64,000 nt of DNA from Candidatus Borrarchaeum weybense (GCA_019057385.1 JAHQJS010000006.1:256001-320000); one strand, 5' to 3'. Shown: positions 28,733-39,222, counted from the stretch's first letter. The notes: a model not told the origin generated them from the sequence alone. Made by a program: numbers and translations.

Positions 28733-28843
28733 ACATTCTATAAGAGATGTCTATTATGAAAGGAACGGTCGGTCTTATATTCTAATGAATATAAAAGCCA
28801 ACCTTATTAATTTGTACATAATCTAAGTCGTTAACTGTTGTAT

Positions 28844-29147
28844 ATGAGCTACCTCGTGCGAAAGCATTGAGGCTTCCTGCTTCTACGACAGACTCGATCC
28901 CCTGGCGGGTTACGGAGGTCTTATCTCCACAGGCTTAACATCCCTACGCTCCGTAGGTACTACTACGATGTTAATGCAATCAGAGTATGCACCTTGTCTC
29001 AAATGTGCGTATTATCCCTCCAATTGCCTTTGATATCTTCGTAACACCACCTATATAATATTAGGGAGCCCCCTCTATAAGTGATGAAAGTGAACCCATA
29101 CTCACTATCGCAATTCATCACCACGCTGAAGCGGTGGTGCATTCTTG
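28844..29147 (-). mobile_element. Non-autonomous IS200/IS605 derivative (MITE-like) related to the tnpB element at 49869-51296
   Basis: Left end CAAGAATGCACCACCGCTTCAGCGTGGTGATGAA and right end GTAGGGATGTTAAGCCTGTGGAGA...GAAGCAGGAAGCCTCA...GAGGTAGCTCAT closely match that element. A short internal piece matches tnpB nt 50939-50982. Confidence 0.88.
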
Positions 29148-29204
29148 CTTAGCGACTCGTAAAATTCTTAGATATCTAAAGAAGTAAGAGAAACAAAAAG
29201 AGGT

Positions 29205-29852
29205 TTGAAAATGTTTTGGTATTGGGAACTTGTTATTGGTATCTTAACAATAGCCTTAATGACTTTTATAGAGATCAAGAGTCAAAAGATTGACAATGGA
29301 AAAAACATAAAGTGGATCAAAGAGCGTTTCACTTGGATCTTAACATTGTTACTATTCGGATTGGCTATTTGTTTTACTGCAACAATCCTTTTAACAGAAA
29401 CGTATGCAAACAGCGGTAAAAATGTTCCTGTCCCTGTTATTCTACAGTTGCTTCAATTTTCATCATGGGATGCTGTTCATTCATTTCTGACCGATAATTT
29501 TCTTGGCCTTTTTTGTATATTTGTAATCCCAATGTTATTTTTTAGAGAAGTTGGCTTATGGAAAAGTATACAGATTGCTCTTTTAACTACCTCAATAGCA
29601 TATTTTATACCCGTGATTACTGAACACTATTGGTTTTTTATTCATGATTTGATGGGTTTTAGAGAATTTGGGGACTTGTATGAAAATGGTGCTCCTGCTT
29701 GGTTTTCAAATCGGATAATAGCTGGAATTTCGATAATCATAGCATTTTTCATATCACGAGCTCAACTTCCCGAGCAAGAAAGGTTGTTCAATTTCCATTT
29801 TTTTAAAAGAAAATTGGACTATTTGAAGTCAGTCTACAAAAATCTAAAATAA
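29205..29852 (+). CDS. Hypothetical membrane protein
   Basis: About 5 TM helices; SD-like GAGG before the TTG start; first gene of the ABC cluster. Confidence 0.65.
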   Translation: MKMFWYWELVIGILTIALMTFIEIKSQKIDNGKNIKWIKERFTWILTLLLFGLAICFTATILLTETYANSGKNVPVPVILQLLQFSSWDAVHSFLTDNFLGLFCIFVIPMLFFREVGLWKSIQIALLTTSIAYFIPVITEHYWFFIHDLMGFREFGDLYENGAPAWFSNRIIAGISIIIAFFISRAQLPEQERLFNFHFFKRKLDYLKSVYKNLK

Positions 29853-29878
29853 CATGATTCTTCATATGCATCTAGAGA

Positions 29879-30604
29879 TTGAAAATGATAGAAACGCAGA
29901 ACCTCACTAAAAAGTTTGGAGATCAAACGGCGGTAAAGGAAATAAATTTATCCGTTCCTGAGGCATCAATTTATGGGTTCTTAGGTCAGAATGGAGCTGG
30001 CAAAACCACAACGATACGCATGCTTACAGGACTGATAAGACCCACAAGTGGTTTTGGTGCGATTTCGGGATTTGATATTGTAAAAGAATCTCTGTCAATC
30101 AGACGCATAACTGGAGTATTGCCCGAGGAGTTCAAGTTTTATCCTTCTCTTTCTGTTTTTCGGGCTCTTATGTATATAGGACGGTTGGATGGAATCAAAG
30201 AAAATTTGGAAGATAGTGTTTTGGAGGTAATAAAACTAACAGATTTATCAAAGTACAAACTCTCAAAAGTAGGTACTCTTTCAAGGGGACTAAATAGGCG
30301 ATTTGGTTTGGCACAATCCTTACTAAAAAGTCCTAAAGTCCTAATATTAGACGAGGCGACTTCAGGTCTTGACCCAATCGCCAGAAGAGAGACTCACACA
30401 TTATTAAAAACGTTAAATAAGGAAAAGGGCGTAACGGTCTTTTTTAGCACTCATATTTTGAGTGACGTTATTGAGTTGTGCGATAGATTCGGTGTATTAC
30501 GAGACGGAATTCTTGTAATAGAAGAAAACATGGATAATCTCGCAACAAAAGAAGAAACTAAACTTGAAGAAATGTTGCTAGATTATATGGGCGGATCTAG
30601 CTGA
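29879..30604 (+). CDS. ABC-2 type exporter ATP-binding subunit
   Basis: GQNGAGKTT, LSRG signature, ILDEATSGLD, STH. Confidence 0.93.
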   Translation: MKMIETQNLTKKFGDQTAVKEINLSVPEASIYGFLGQNGAGKTTTIRMLTGLIRPTSGFGAISGFDIVKESLSIRRITGVLPEEFKFYPSLSVFRALMYIGRLDGIKENLEDSVLEVIKLTDLSKYKLSKVGTLSRGLNRRFGLAQSLLKSPKVLILDEATSGLDPIARRETHTLLKTLNKEKGVTVFFSTHILSDVIELCDRFGVLRDGILVIEENMDNLATKEETKLEEMLLDYMGGSS

Positions 30605-30607
30605 ATA

Positions 30608-31351
30608 ATGCATGAATTGAAAATAAGGAGTATGAAACGCACTATGACGACATTTACAGTCATACGCACAGAATTTCAATTATACGCACAGAAAATCAGG
30701 TTTTTCCTTATTATTAGCTTCGTTGTGGCAATAACATCACTTGCTGGCATTATAGTAGAAATTGATGATCCCTTAAGACTTTTTATGCCTCAAGCCCTTG
30801 CTTATTATCTAGGTATTTTCATCGGACTGAGTGTGATTTCAGAAGATTATGAAAATAAAACATTGACGGCACTCGTTTTGAGAGCAATTCCTCGTCGCAC
30901 CATAATTATTGGAAAGTCAGTATCATTAGTTTTAATCTATACTATGATAACTATAATTTCTCTTATAGTTGCAGACATCATTTTTTTAGCTCTTAGCGGA
31001 AACCATTACAACGTAGTCCTACTTTTCAGGGCATTTGCTTCGAGTGTTCTTACTGCATTCATCATGATTTCTTTGACAGTTCTTGTTTCAAGTTATTTTC
31101 TCAAAATGGTTCCAACGGCAGTTGCATCCTTTGTGATCTTTCTCCTATTAATCTTGCTCTCTATTGGCGCCACATTTGCGCCAATTGTAGCATATTCTAG
31201 TCCCTTCTTCTATGTTACTGATTTAGGGACACCAATCCCGATGACCCCCCAAGAAATAATCATTTCAATTATTGGAGCATTGATCTATGCTGTAATCTTC
31301 TTAGGACTCGCAATACTATTTTTCGAAAAAAGAGAATTAGAAAATCTTTGA
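30608..31351 (+). CDS. ABC-2 type permease
   Basis: Six TM helices; ISEDYENKT...RRTIIIGK; C-terminal FEKREL. Confidence 0.85.
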   Translation: MHELKIRSMKRTMTTFTVIRTEFQLYAQKIRFFLIISFVVAITSLAGIIVEIDDPLRLFMPQALAYYLGIFIGLSVISEDYENKTLTALVLRAIPRRTIIIGKSVSLVLIYTMITIISLIVADIIFLALSGNHYNVVLLFRAFASSVLTAFIMISLTVLVSSYFLKMVPTAVASFVIFLLLILLSIGATFAPIVAYSSPFFYVTDLGTPIPMTPQEIIISIIGALIYAVIFLGLAILFFEKRELENL

Positions 31352-31455
31352 AATTAATCCTTTCTCCCAAAAAAAACCCTATTTTGGCTCTTCAAACAAA
31401 CTTCGGGCAATTATCTTTAAAATATCTATTTTCTTAATGTTAAGAGGCGATCTTA

Positions 31456-32703
31456 TTGTATGATGTAGCAATCATCGGTGGAGGAATCGCAGGACTCACT
31501 GCAGCAACCCTTCTAAGTAAAAAGGGCTTTAATGTAGTCGTTCTTGAAAAGAGTACTAACTTAGGTGCTCATAATAAACTTCAAATGCAAGGTTTTCCAG
31601 CATTTGAAATTCCTACCCTTCCTATTCGTGTACCTTTGAAATATAAAGTTAAGAAAGCCCTTTTATGGACTCCAAGTCAGTCCGTAATTCCTTTTCACTT
31701 CGAAAAACCAATTTTATATTTACATTATCGAGGAGCAGAGCATTCAGTTGATACATTCCTGTATAAATTAGCTCTTAAGGCAGGTGCTAGCATAATAACA
31801 GCTTCAGAGGTTCGAAAACTAGGCTTTGGCAAAACAATAAATGAAATTACGACTTCTGGTGGTGCGAAGTATAAAGCTCGTTGTATACTCGCTGCAGATG
31901 GGGCTAGTAGTCGCACAAGAAGAATACTTAGAGTCGATGTGCTTGAGCCAAAGGGGATCGGTTATGGGGCGGTGATGGAAAACATCGATATAGAGCCAAT
32001 GGAGATCCATGGAGCCTTTTCCCAGAAAATCGCTCCCATGGGTTATAGTTATATTATAGGGCATTCGGATGAAACTGCGACTGTTGCAGTTTCAGCACGT
32101 CCAAACTATTTGGAATTGAAGTTAGGAGAATATTTTAAAAGGACATTAAAGTTCTTTCGACCAATCATAAAAAACGGTAAGAAGATTAACATATTTTCTG
32201 GGATTGTAACTTGTGGTAATGGAACTCAGACTCTTGTTCACAAAAATATTTTATTTATTGGCGAGGCAGGAGGGTTTCAAGACCCTACCTTGGGTTTTGG
32301 CATGGCGCCGTCTATGAGGTCTGCTGAAATTGCTGTAAAACTTATAGCGGATGCTTTAGCTACTGCGGATGACAGAACTATATATTTAAAGAAGCTAGAA
32401 CAGTACGATAAACTTGCTAAAATGAATTTAACAAAAAAAGAAATCAAATGGAAGTGGATTATGCGAAAAGAAATACTAGAAAAGATCTCAGATTACCAAC
32501 TAGATTCGCTTTTGCAAATGCTTCATGGAAAAGATAAACTAATAGAAAAAGCATTAACTTTAGGGCTCAAACAACTTTGGCCTTTTCTAATAACTACATT
32601 TTTCCTTCGGCCTTTTCTATTTGGTCATCTTATTAAATCAATGAAATCATTAGTCCACTTTAAAAAAAACACACTCATAAACACAGAAATGACCAACTTC
32701 TAA
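31456..32703 (+). CDS. Geranylgeranyl reductase family FAD-dependent oxidoreductase
   Basis: DVAIIGGGIAG, AADGASS, APMGYSY, GEAGGFQDPTLGFG. Confidence 0.85.
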   Translation: MYDVAIIGGGIAGLTAATLLSKKGFNVVVLEKSTNLGAHNKLQMQGFPAFEIPTLPIRVPLKYKVKKALLWTPSQSVIPFHFEKPILYLHYRGAEHSVDTFLYKLALKAGASIITASEVRKLGFGKTINEITTSGGAKYKARCILAADGASSRTRRILRVDVLEPKGIGYGAVMENIDIEPMEIHGAFSQKIAPMGYSYIIGHSDETATVAVSARPNYLELKLGEYFKRTLKFFRPIIKNGKKINIFSGIVTCGNGTQTLVHKNILFIGEAGGFQDPTLGFGMAPSMRSAEIAVKLIADALATADDRTIYLKKLEQYDKLAKMNLTKKEIKWKWIMRKEILEKISDYQLDSLLQMLHGKDKLIEKALTLGLKQLWPFLITTFFLRPFLFGHLIKSMKSLVHFKKNTLINTEMTNF

Positions 32704-32734
32704 TAATTTCTAGGTTGTTTCAGCAGAATTTCTG

Positions 32735-33496
32735 TTACAGCACATTGTTTGCATCTATAATTGTTATCCAAGCATATTCTCGCAACTTTGGAGCGATTCG
32801 AAGCAAAAAATTGTCGATATCGTCCAATATCTTTTGTAACGTTTCGTATAAAGCGGGCCATCTATAATGGAAGAAATAGGAAGCGCCTGAAAATAAAGCT
32901 AATTCTCTGTGACGGACATATCTGAAACAAGAATTAAAGGCATCGAGAGTTCGTGACAAGTTTAAAGGTTTTTCTGTAGGGCTTCTATCATAAGGATCCA
33001 GAATAGTTCTATTAATATTTGCCAATGGATTTTTATCGAGAGGCTCAATGAAAATCGCTCTTCCTGATGGAACAAGGCAAGATTTAATTTTCTTAATGCT
33101 TTCTTCTAAAGAATAGGTAGTTAGATGGTGTAGTACTGAACGACAAAGCACTATATCAAATTTTCCGGGTAATTGGTCTACATCAATGTTTGCAACGAGA
33201 AAATTTGTTTTATCTGAAACCTCCATTTCTTCAGAGAGAATCTTAGCCTTTTGTATTGAAATAGGTGAAATATCGACACCCATTACCTTGTATCCCATTT
33301 TTGCAAGAAGTATGCTATCAAATCCCAAACCACATCCAATGTCTAAAAGAGTCTTTCCGGTTAGCAAAGGTTTGATATACTTCCATGTGATTTCCTTAAG
33401 TCTTTTTGAGACCCCTAGTTTAAGTTCATCTTTATTAAATCTTTCGGCCACCGAATCTTGATACGCTCTTTCAGTCTCAGCGATTTTGCTAGTCAT
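32735..33496 (-). CDS. Class I SAM-dependent methyltransferase
   Basis: LLDIGCGLG, GVDIS, FDIVLCRSVLHHL, FIEP...NP...R...SPTEKPL. Confidence 0.9.
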   Translation of the reverse strand: MTSKIAETERAYQDSVAERFNKDELKLGVSKRLKEITWKYIKPLLTGKTLLDIGCGLGFDSILLAKMGYKVMGVDISPISIQKAKILSEEMEVSDKTNFLVANIDVDQLPGKFDIVLCRSVLHHLTTYSLEESIKKIKSCLVPSGRAIFIEPLDKNPLANINRTILDPYDRSPTEKPLNLSRTLDAFNSCFRYVRHRELALFSGASYFFHYRWPALYETLQKILDDIDNFLLRIAPKLREYAWITIIDANNVL

Positions 33497-33779
33497 TTAT
33501 CTACTCACTACAATGACGCTATGAATTAGTTTTTTTAACTTATTAAGCGGATACTGATATGAGTAACTTGTTAGGCCTTAAATATATTTTAGATAACTAT
33601 AAAGTCTCTGGAAAGCTATTGAAGAAAAAACTCAACCCTAATAAGTGATTAAAAGTTAATAATAGGCACCGAAAGAATCTTAAAGGCAAGGATAGTTACA
33701 GCATAGAAGCCGTTTTAAGTGAAGTATTACAGAATTTGACTAACTATTTCATTTTATATGACAAATAACGAGGATTACT

Positions 33780-34748
33780 ATGCTTGAACTCATTCTAATC
33801 GGCGAAATCGCAGTTGCTTTCTTGCTAACTCTTATAATCACGCCTTATATAAACAAATTCTTAATTAGTAGAGGATATACCAGTAGAGACGTACATAAAA
33901 ATGAACCAACAGAGGTACCGACTTTTGGGGGGATTGCTCCAGTTATAGCAATTTTTGCAAGCCTTCTTATTCCCATTTTCTTTTTCGATCTACTAAATAT
34001 CCTCCAATTAATTGCTATTTTGTTTACAATTTCCTTGATTACGTTGATTGGCATTTTCGATGATTTAAAAACAATTCCGCAACTGCAAAAAACAATTTTT
34101 TGTGCCGCTGCAAGTATTCCGCTCTACTTTGTACTCCATGACACAAAATTAACATTACCCTTTCTAGGAACCTTGGATATAGGCTGGTTTTTCCTCATTC
34201 TTATCGCATTCACTGTAGTAGTCTCTTCTAATTTAACTAACATGCTTGCTGGATTCAATGGTCTTGAGGCTGGCCTTGGAATCATCACATCAGCAGCACT
34301 AGCCATAATTCTCACAATATCAGGACGAATATCGTTTCTAACGCTCTTGATTCCATTCACTGGTGCATTAATTGGCTTCATTTTTTATAATTGGTACCCT
34401 AGCAAGACTTTTCCTGGAGATACCCTTACATTAACGATAGGAACCGTTTTAGCGTGCGTTGCCCTTGTTTCTCAACTTACTTTCTACCTTGTTATCTTGT
34501 TTATTCCCTATATCATCGATTTTTTAATGAAAGCCACAGTCAAATTTCAAGGTCGCAAACTGTATGGCGATACAAAAATCAGAGCCGATGGAACTCTTAA
34601 ACCACCAAAATATCCTGCAGTAGCTCATGCCATCCTTAAATTCACCCCAATGACTGAAAAACAGTTAGTAAAAGCGCTCATTATAATAGAAATAGTATTT
34701 GCTCTCATTGCAATAAGTCTAGCATTACTTAGTTTTGTATTTTCTTAA
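33780..34748 (+). CDS. aglH: UDP-GlcNAc:dolichyl-phosphate GlcNAc-1-phosphate transferase (AglH/Alg7 family)
   Basis: DVHK...VPTFGG, GIFDDL, NLTNMLAGFNGLE, YNWYPSKTFPGD. Confidence 0.85.
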   Translation: MLELILIGEIAVAFLLTLIITPYINKFLISRGYTSRDVHKNEPTEVPTFGGIAPVIAIFASLLIPIFFFDLLNILQLIAILFTISLITLIGIFDDLKTIPQLQKTIFCAAASIPLYFVLHDTKLTLPFLGTLDIGWFFLILIAFTVVVSSNLTNMLAGFNGLEAGLGIITSAALAIILTISGRISFLTLLIPFTGALIGFIFYNWYPSKTFPGDTLTLTIGTVLACVALVSQLTFYLVILFIPYIIDFLMKATVKFQGRKLYGDTKIRADGTLKPPKYPAVAHAILKFTPMTEKQLVKALIIIEIVFALIAISLALLSFVFS

Positions 34749-34817
34749 ATCTAAGAAATCTCTTTTATTTATGTAATTTAAACTGATTTGAGAAATAAGT
34801 GACTCGGAGGTTACAAA

Positions 34818-35630
34818 TTGGGAGAACAAAGAAAATTATGGAAAATAGGGCAAATAGATGCTATTGGTATCCGAAGCCCTCACGAAAAAGAATTACAAGA
34901 GTTTAGCAATTCAAAATATCCTTTATTTAAAGATTTGGCAATCGATAAGATGAGGGATTTTGTAGTTAATGATATCGGAGGAAAAATGAACAACATCGGT
35001 CTCGGTGAAGATTGGACAATTACCTTTGAAATATTCCCTCAGGTAAATATCCATATTTCTTATTCTTTCTTCGGTGATGAATTTGGTGATGAGATGGAAG
35101 CAGAGTTGAAATACTACTTTTCGGGAGAGCGAGTCCATTTAATTCCTGGTGAAGACCTTGTTGCATTTGTAGATATTTTGTTGGATTTTATTGAGAGAAT
35201 GATTAAGAATGAAGAACCTTTCGACAAGAATTTTGATGTAAAATCCAAAATGATGGAAAATGTCTTAACCCAAAGAAGTGAGCCTTTCAAATTTTTGAAG
35301 GACGAAGATCAAGAAAAATTGTCTACTTTTCTGGGCGCCAAAATACAAAAAACGTCTGATAGATGGTCGATCATACGAGAAGTATTTCCGAACATATTTA
35401 CTGAAATTGTCTGGAATACTAAAGAAGGTTTAGATATTGAATTCTCTGGTGAAAATCTCGCGAAAAAGATCAGTAGCGTCCATGCTGAATTTTTAGGAAT
35501 TTTTACAATTAACCAAATATTACGTTACATTACGCTGAATAACCTGGACAAGAACTTACCAGATATATGTTACACAATGTTTTCAAGATACTTCACTAAA
35601 CAAAAAAATTGGGATCACAGGAAAAAATGA
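34818..35630 (+). CDS. Hypothetical protein with two internally repeated domains (DUF3786-like)
   Basis: Repeated WTITFEIFPQV / WSIIREVFPNI units; GDEF motif. Confidence 0.55.
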   Translation: MGEQRKLWKIGQIDAIGIRSPHEKELQEFSNSKYPLFKDLAIDKMRDFVVNDIGGKMNNIGLGEDWTITFEIFPQVNIHISYSFFGDEFGDEMEAELKYYFSGERVHLIPGEDLVAFVDILLDFIERMIKNEEPFDKNFDVKSKMMENVLTQRSEPFKFLKDEDQEKLSTFLGAKIQKTSDRWSIIREVFPNIFTEIVWNTKEGLDIEFSGENLAKKISSVHAEFLGIFTINQILRYITLNNLDKNLPDICYTMFSRYFTKQKNWDHRKK

Positions 35631-35656
35631 CTTTTCCTTCACATCTCTCGCCTCTG

Positions 35657-35689
35657 GAAGCCCCTACTCTTTAGGGTGGGGTAATTGAC
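35657..35689 (+). mobile_element. Solo IS200/IS605-type end hairpin
   Basis: GAAGCCCCTACTCTTTAGGGTGGGGTAATTGAC has the same architecture as the right ends at 47785-47816 and 51264-51296. Confidence 0.65.
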
Positions 35690-35719
35690 TCTCATTCTGT
35701 TTTCACTTCTTTGAGTAAT

Positions 35720-36475
35720 CTACAAGACTGTTTTCGTTAATATTTCACGTACAGATAGGTATGCAGGAGAATCGTTAGGAAGTTCTAAGAGGGATTTTCC
35801 GACAAGATTGTATTCTTGAACAAGTGGATCGGTAGGGATTTGTCCCACAAGATTCAAACCATTTTTTTCAGCATATTGTTGAATATACTCTAGTGCTGAC
35901 TCGGTAACTCTATTCGCTACCAGATAGACCTCCCGAAATTCTATCTTCAATTTTTGTGAGAGTTCTTTGATTCTAAGTGCTGTTTGGAGTCCCATCTTGG
36001 AAGCGTCAGTTATTACATATAAATAATCCACATCGCGATCTGTTCTTCGTGCAATATGCTCTAAACCTGCAGGCATATCCATGAGTGCATATTCATAATT
36101 TCCAACATAATTATCAAGAATACTCGTAAGTGCAGTATTGATATAACAGAAACATCCTTCTCGCTCTAATGCCCCCATAACTAACAAATCAAAAGTATCG
36201 CCTTCATACAAGACTTCAAACAGTTGCGATTCTATGTGGGACTTTTTGTTAAAGTCGGGAGGCAACTGCGACATACGGTTCATTAAATCGAAACAAACAT
36301 CGCCTACTGTTTTTTGAACTGGTGTGTCCAGCAAATCTGGTATATTTGAGTCAGGATCTGCATCAACCACTAAAATGTTTTTTTTCCCTAGTTCGAGTAA
36401 CGCTTTCAAACTCAATGCCATAAAACTCGATTTGCCTGTTCCGCCTTTGCCAGATGATCCAATAACATAATTCAT
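35720..36475 (-). CDS. cooC: CO dehydrogenase/ACS nickel-insertion ATPase CooC/AcsF
   Basis: GKGGTGKS, VDADPDSN, GCFC, DMPAGLEH. Confidence 0.9.
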   Translation of the reverse strand: MNYVIGSSGKGGTGKSSFMALSLKALLELGKKNILVVDADPDSNIPDLLDTPVQKTVGDVCFDLMNRMSQLPPDFNKKSHIESQLFEVLYEGDTFDLLVMGALEREGCFCYINTALTSILDNYVGNYEYALMDMPAGLEHIARRTDRDVDYLYVITDASKMGLQTALRIKELSQKLKIEFREVYLVANRVTESALEYIQQYAEKNGLNLVGQIPTDPLVQEYNLVGKSLLELPNDSPAYLSVREILTKTVL

Positions 36476-36726
36476 TTTAAACCACCATGGAGACTCCTAA
36501 CAAAAAGGAGTGATAGTTGACTATCATCACCTCATCTACTCACAAAATGGGAATTAACTCTTAAAATCTTATTTATCGTAACAAGAAGAAGATAACAATG
36601 AACTCAATTTCCAAGAGTTTTCATTGTTTTCTATTTGATGTATCCATTTGATTAAGAAGATTTCTGGCATGTTTTTGGGTTATGTTATAACTGTAACTTT
36701 CTTTGAAAGCGGGGATTAGTAACTAT

Positions 36727-38457
36727 TCATCTAAAAATGTCATTTAGCGTTTCCGTACGTTTCAATTTTGCGATAAAAGTAACTAGAATATAACCTATTG
36801 AACTCGTTAAAGCAATAAAAAGTGCTCTCGCAAAGATTGTGAGAAGATCTGTGTGAAAATAAATTCCCACCTCGAATATATAGAATATCCAAAAGTTAAT
36901 GAATGTATAGATCGCATTACTTGTTCTTATTCCTGATATAAGCATCCCTGAACCGAATAGGGCCGCAATGAGGACTGAAAGTAGAGTTATTGGGAGAAGT
37001 AACGATTCAAATGAGATATCAGTTCTTCCTTGGAAGATAAACATGGCTGTCATCATTCCTATAACGATAGCGGCACATAAAACACTGAAATCAACCTGTA
37101 GAGATGATATCGTCATATAGGATCTCAAATCTACACGATCAGTTCTTTTCTCATCATAACGCGCCCATTTCGTCAACTTCATCAATATTCCTTCAAATGA
37201 TTGAGTGATCTCATGTGGGAGATTCTTACGGAAGAAACGTATGGCGATAAGCCAACCAATGAAATGGAAGAAAAGTATGCTTAGCGCAAATGTGCTAAAG
37301 AAGACAAAGCCAAAGTCGTCATATAAGGAAAACCACACTCTCCACTTTACAACTCTATAGAAAAAGACTGCGCATGTATAACAATAATATAACACCATAT
37401 CACCTAATTGAGGACCCACAGGTCTACCGAGAAAATACAGAATAAGTAGAGGGATTGTCCAGACGATATATTGCTCACTCATATATCTATTTAATAGCAT
37501 GAATACAAGTAAGAAAATTGTTGATTCTTCAAGCAGACCAAACTTTATATTAATGATCTCTCTCTTTACGAAAATTAGCAAGGTAAATAGCCATCCCACT
37601 CCCTGAATTACCATTATGACAGAACGTTCTTTTATAGAAATACTTGTTCTAGAGATAAAATAAAATAGAATTCGATAAATTGACAGGCCTCTTGTGCCCC
37701 CTACGGCTAACAAGACAGAAGTATAGGCGTCAAAAGATAATATTAGGTATGGTACAGAAATAAGAATACAAAATATTGTTACTATGGCGTTATACTCTAT
37801 AATGCGTTGCCATCTTTTTTCCTTTTGTCTTATAAAATATAGGACTACTATAGGGAGAAGCACAATCGGGAATAGCTTGTACATTACACCAATACCAAGT
37901 GAGAACGCGCTGAATCTTACCCTTTCTTTGATTAGCAGATAAAGTGCTAACAACATGAACATAGTGGGAATCGAATCAAAATGTCCAAAAATGACTGTCT
38001 GAAAATAAATCCACGGATTTAACAGAAAAAGTGCACTTGTGTAATAAGCCAGACGTTCATTATGAGTGTATTCAATGATCATTTTGTAAATCAGAAAGCC
38101 TAAAATTATCTCAGAAAATACAATCGGTAATTTAAAGTAAAATATATTCTTTCCCGCAATTAAGACTACTAGTGCTTCCGTATAGTAGAATATCGGTAGA
38201 TATTTTATGTCCCCTCTTCCGTAAGGTGATTGCCCCTGCAATAATATGTCTACCGCCTGATAAACTACTTGAATATCATAAGTATGTGCAAAGAAGGATG
38301 CATAAACAAGTCGTGTAAGAAGTCCGAAAAGAAGAAGGATATATATCTTGGTTTCTCTAACCTTCTCAATACGATCTAAAAGTAGTATCCATGGGATTAG
38401 CATAAGAAGGGTGGAAAGACAAAGCGCGCTCTCTTGGAAATAAAGCAACCCTACCAT
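36727..38457 (-). CDS. GT-C polyprenol-phosphate-sugar glycosyltransferase (GT87/DUF2029-like)
   Basis: YD...GQSPY...YLP, FKLP, LLNP...GHFDSI, KLFPIVLLP, QYIVW. Confidence 0.75.
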   Translation of the reverse strand: MVGLLYFQESALCLSTLLMLIPWILLLDRIEKVRETKIYILLLFGLLTRLVYASFFAHTYDIQVVYQAVDILLQGQSPYGRGDIKYLPIFYYTEALVVLIAGKNIFYFKLPIVFSEIILGFLIYKMIIEYTHNERLAYYTSALFLLNPWIYFQTVIFGHFDSIPTMFMLLALYLLIKERVRFSAFSLGIGVMYKLFPIVLLPIVVLYFIRQKEKRWQRIIEYNAIVTIFCILISVPYLILSFDAYTSVLLAVGGTRGLSIYRILFYFISRTSISIKERSVIMVIQGVGWLFTLLIFVKREIINIKFGLLEESTIFLLVFMLLNRYMSEQYIVWTIPLLILYFLGRPVGPQLGDMVLYYCYTCAVFFYRVVKWRVWFSLYDDFGFVFFSTFALSILFFHFIGWLIAIRFFRKNLPHEITQSFEGILMKLTKWARYDEKRTDRVDLRSYMTISSLQVDFSVLCAAIVIGMMTAMFIFQGRTDISFESLLLPITLLSVLIAALFGSGMLISGIRTSNAIYTFINFWIFYIFEVGIYFHTDLLTIFARALFIALTSSIGYILVTFIAKLKRTETLNDIFR

Positions 38458-38679
38458 GTTGTACTCCCCTAATTTCGGCCGATTTCCTTATACAGCCAAA
38501 ATTTGCTATTTTTTCTAATAAAAGTTGGTGTGTTTAGTATTTTTTTATAGTATTTGCATAAAATATTAATAATCCTTTTGAATGCTAATGGTCAACAAAA
38601 TGGTAAAAAGCCGGAAGGATTCCAGTTTCTTAATATATAAAAATGCAAATTGTTCTTTTAAATAGTCGAGGAGAGAATT

Positions 38680-39105
38680 ATGTTTTCTGGGATTCAAAGT
38701 CCCTATCTAGGAATTATAATTCTAATAATCGTTTCTCTAGGAGTTACACTATTTCTAACGAAATATTCTTATTTGGATAAGCTTGCAAAAGATAAAAAGG
38801 AGAATTGGTTGCCTGTTTTATTTTTAGCATCATTCATAATCTATGGTTTATTCTTTTCATTAGTGACATTATTTCGAGCAGAACCAGAACAGATCGCAAC
38901 AATTAGTAATGATATCTTCCAAGTGAATATTGGATTTACATTAATCATCTTAGGTTGTGGCCTTGCTATATTTTTCACAACCACAGAATATCAATTTAAG
39001 CAGGACTACACTTCAAAGCTTTTGATAGGTTTATCTGGCGTTCTTGCTATTATTGGCTTCATACTTATCATTAGTACTGGATTAGTTTATCATAAACTCT
39101 TATGA
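38680..39105 (+). CDS. Hypothetical 4-TM membrane protein
   Basis: Four hydrophobic helices; GAGGAG SD upstream. Confidence 0.7.
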   Translation: MFSGIQSPYLGIIILIIVSLGVTLFLTKYSYLDKLAKDKKENWLPVLFLASFIIYGLFFSLVTLFRAEPEQIATISNDIFQVNIGFTLIILGCGLAIFFTTTEYQFKQDYTSKLLIGLSGVLAIIGFILIISTGLVYHKLL

Positions 39106-39222
39106 ACTAACTCCCACCATATCAAGGAGTCTTCTTGCGTATTAAACATAAATCTTTATTATGTGTGTATTCATTGCGAGAGACACCATAAGAGACGCAA
39201 CCGCCTTTATTGAGGTATATAT

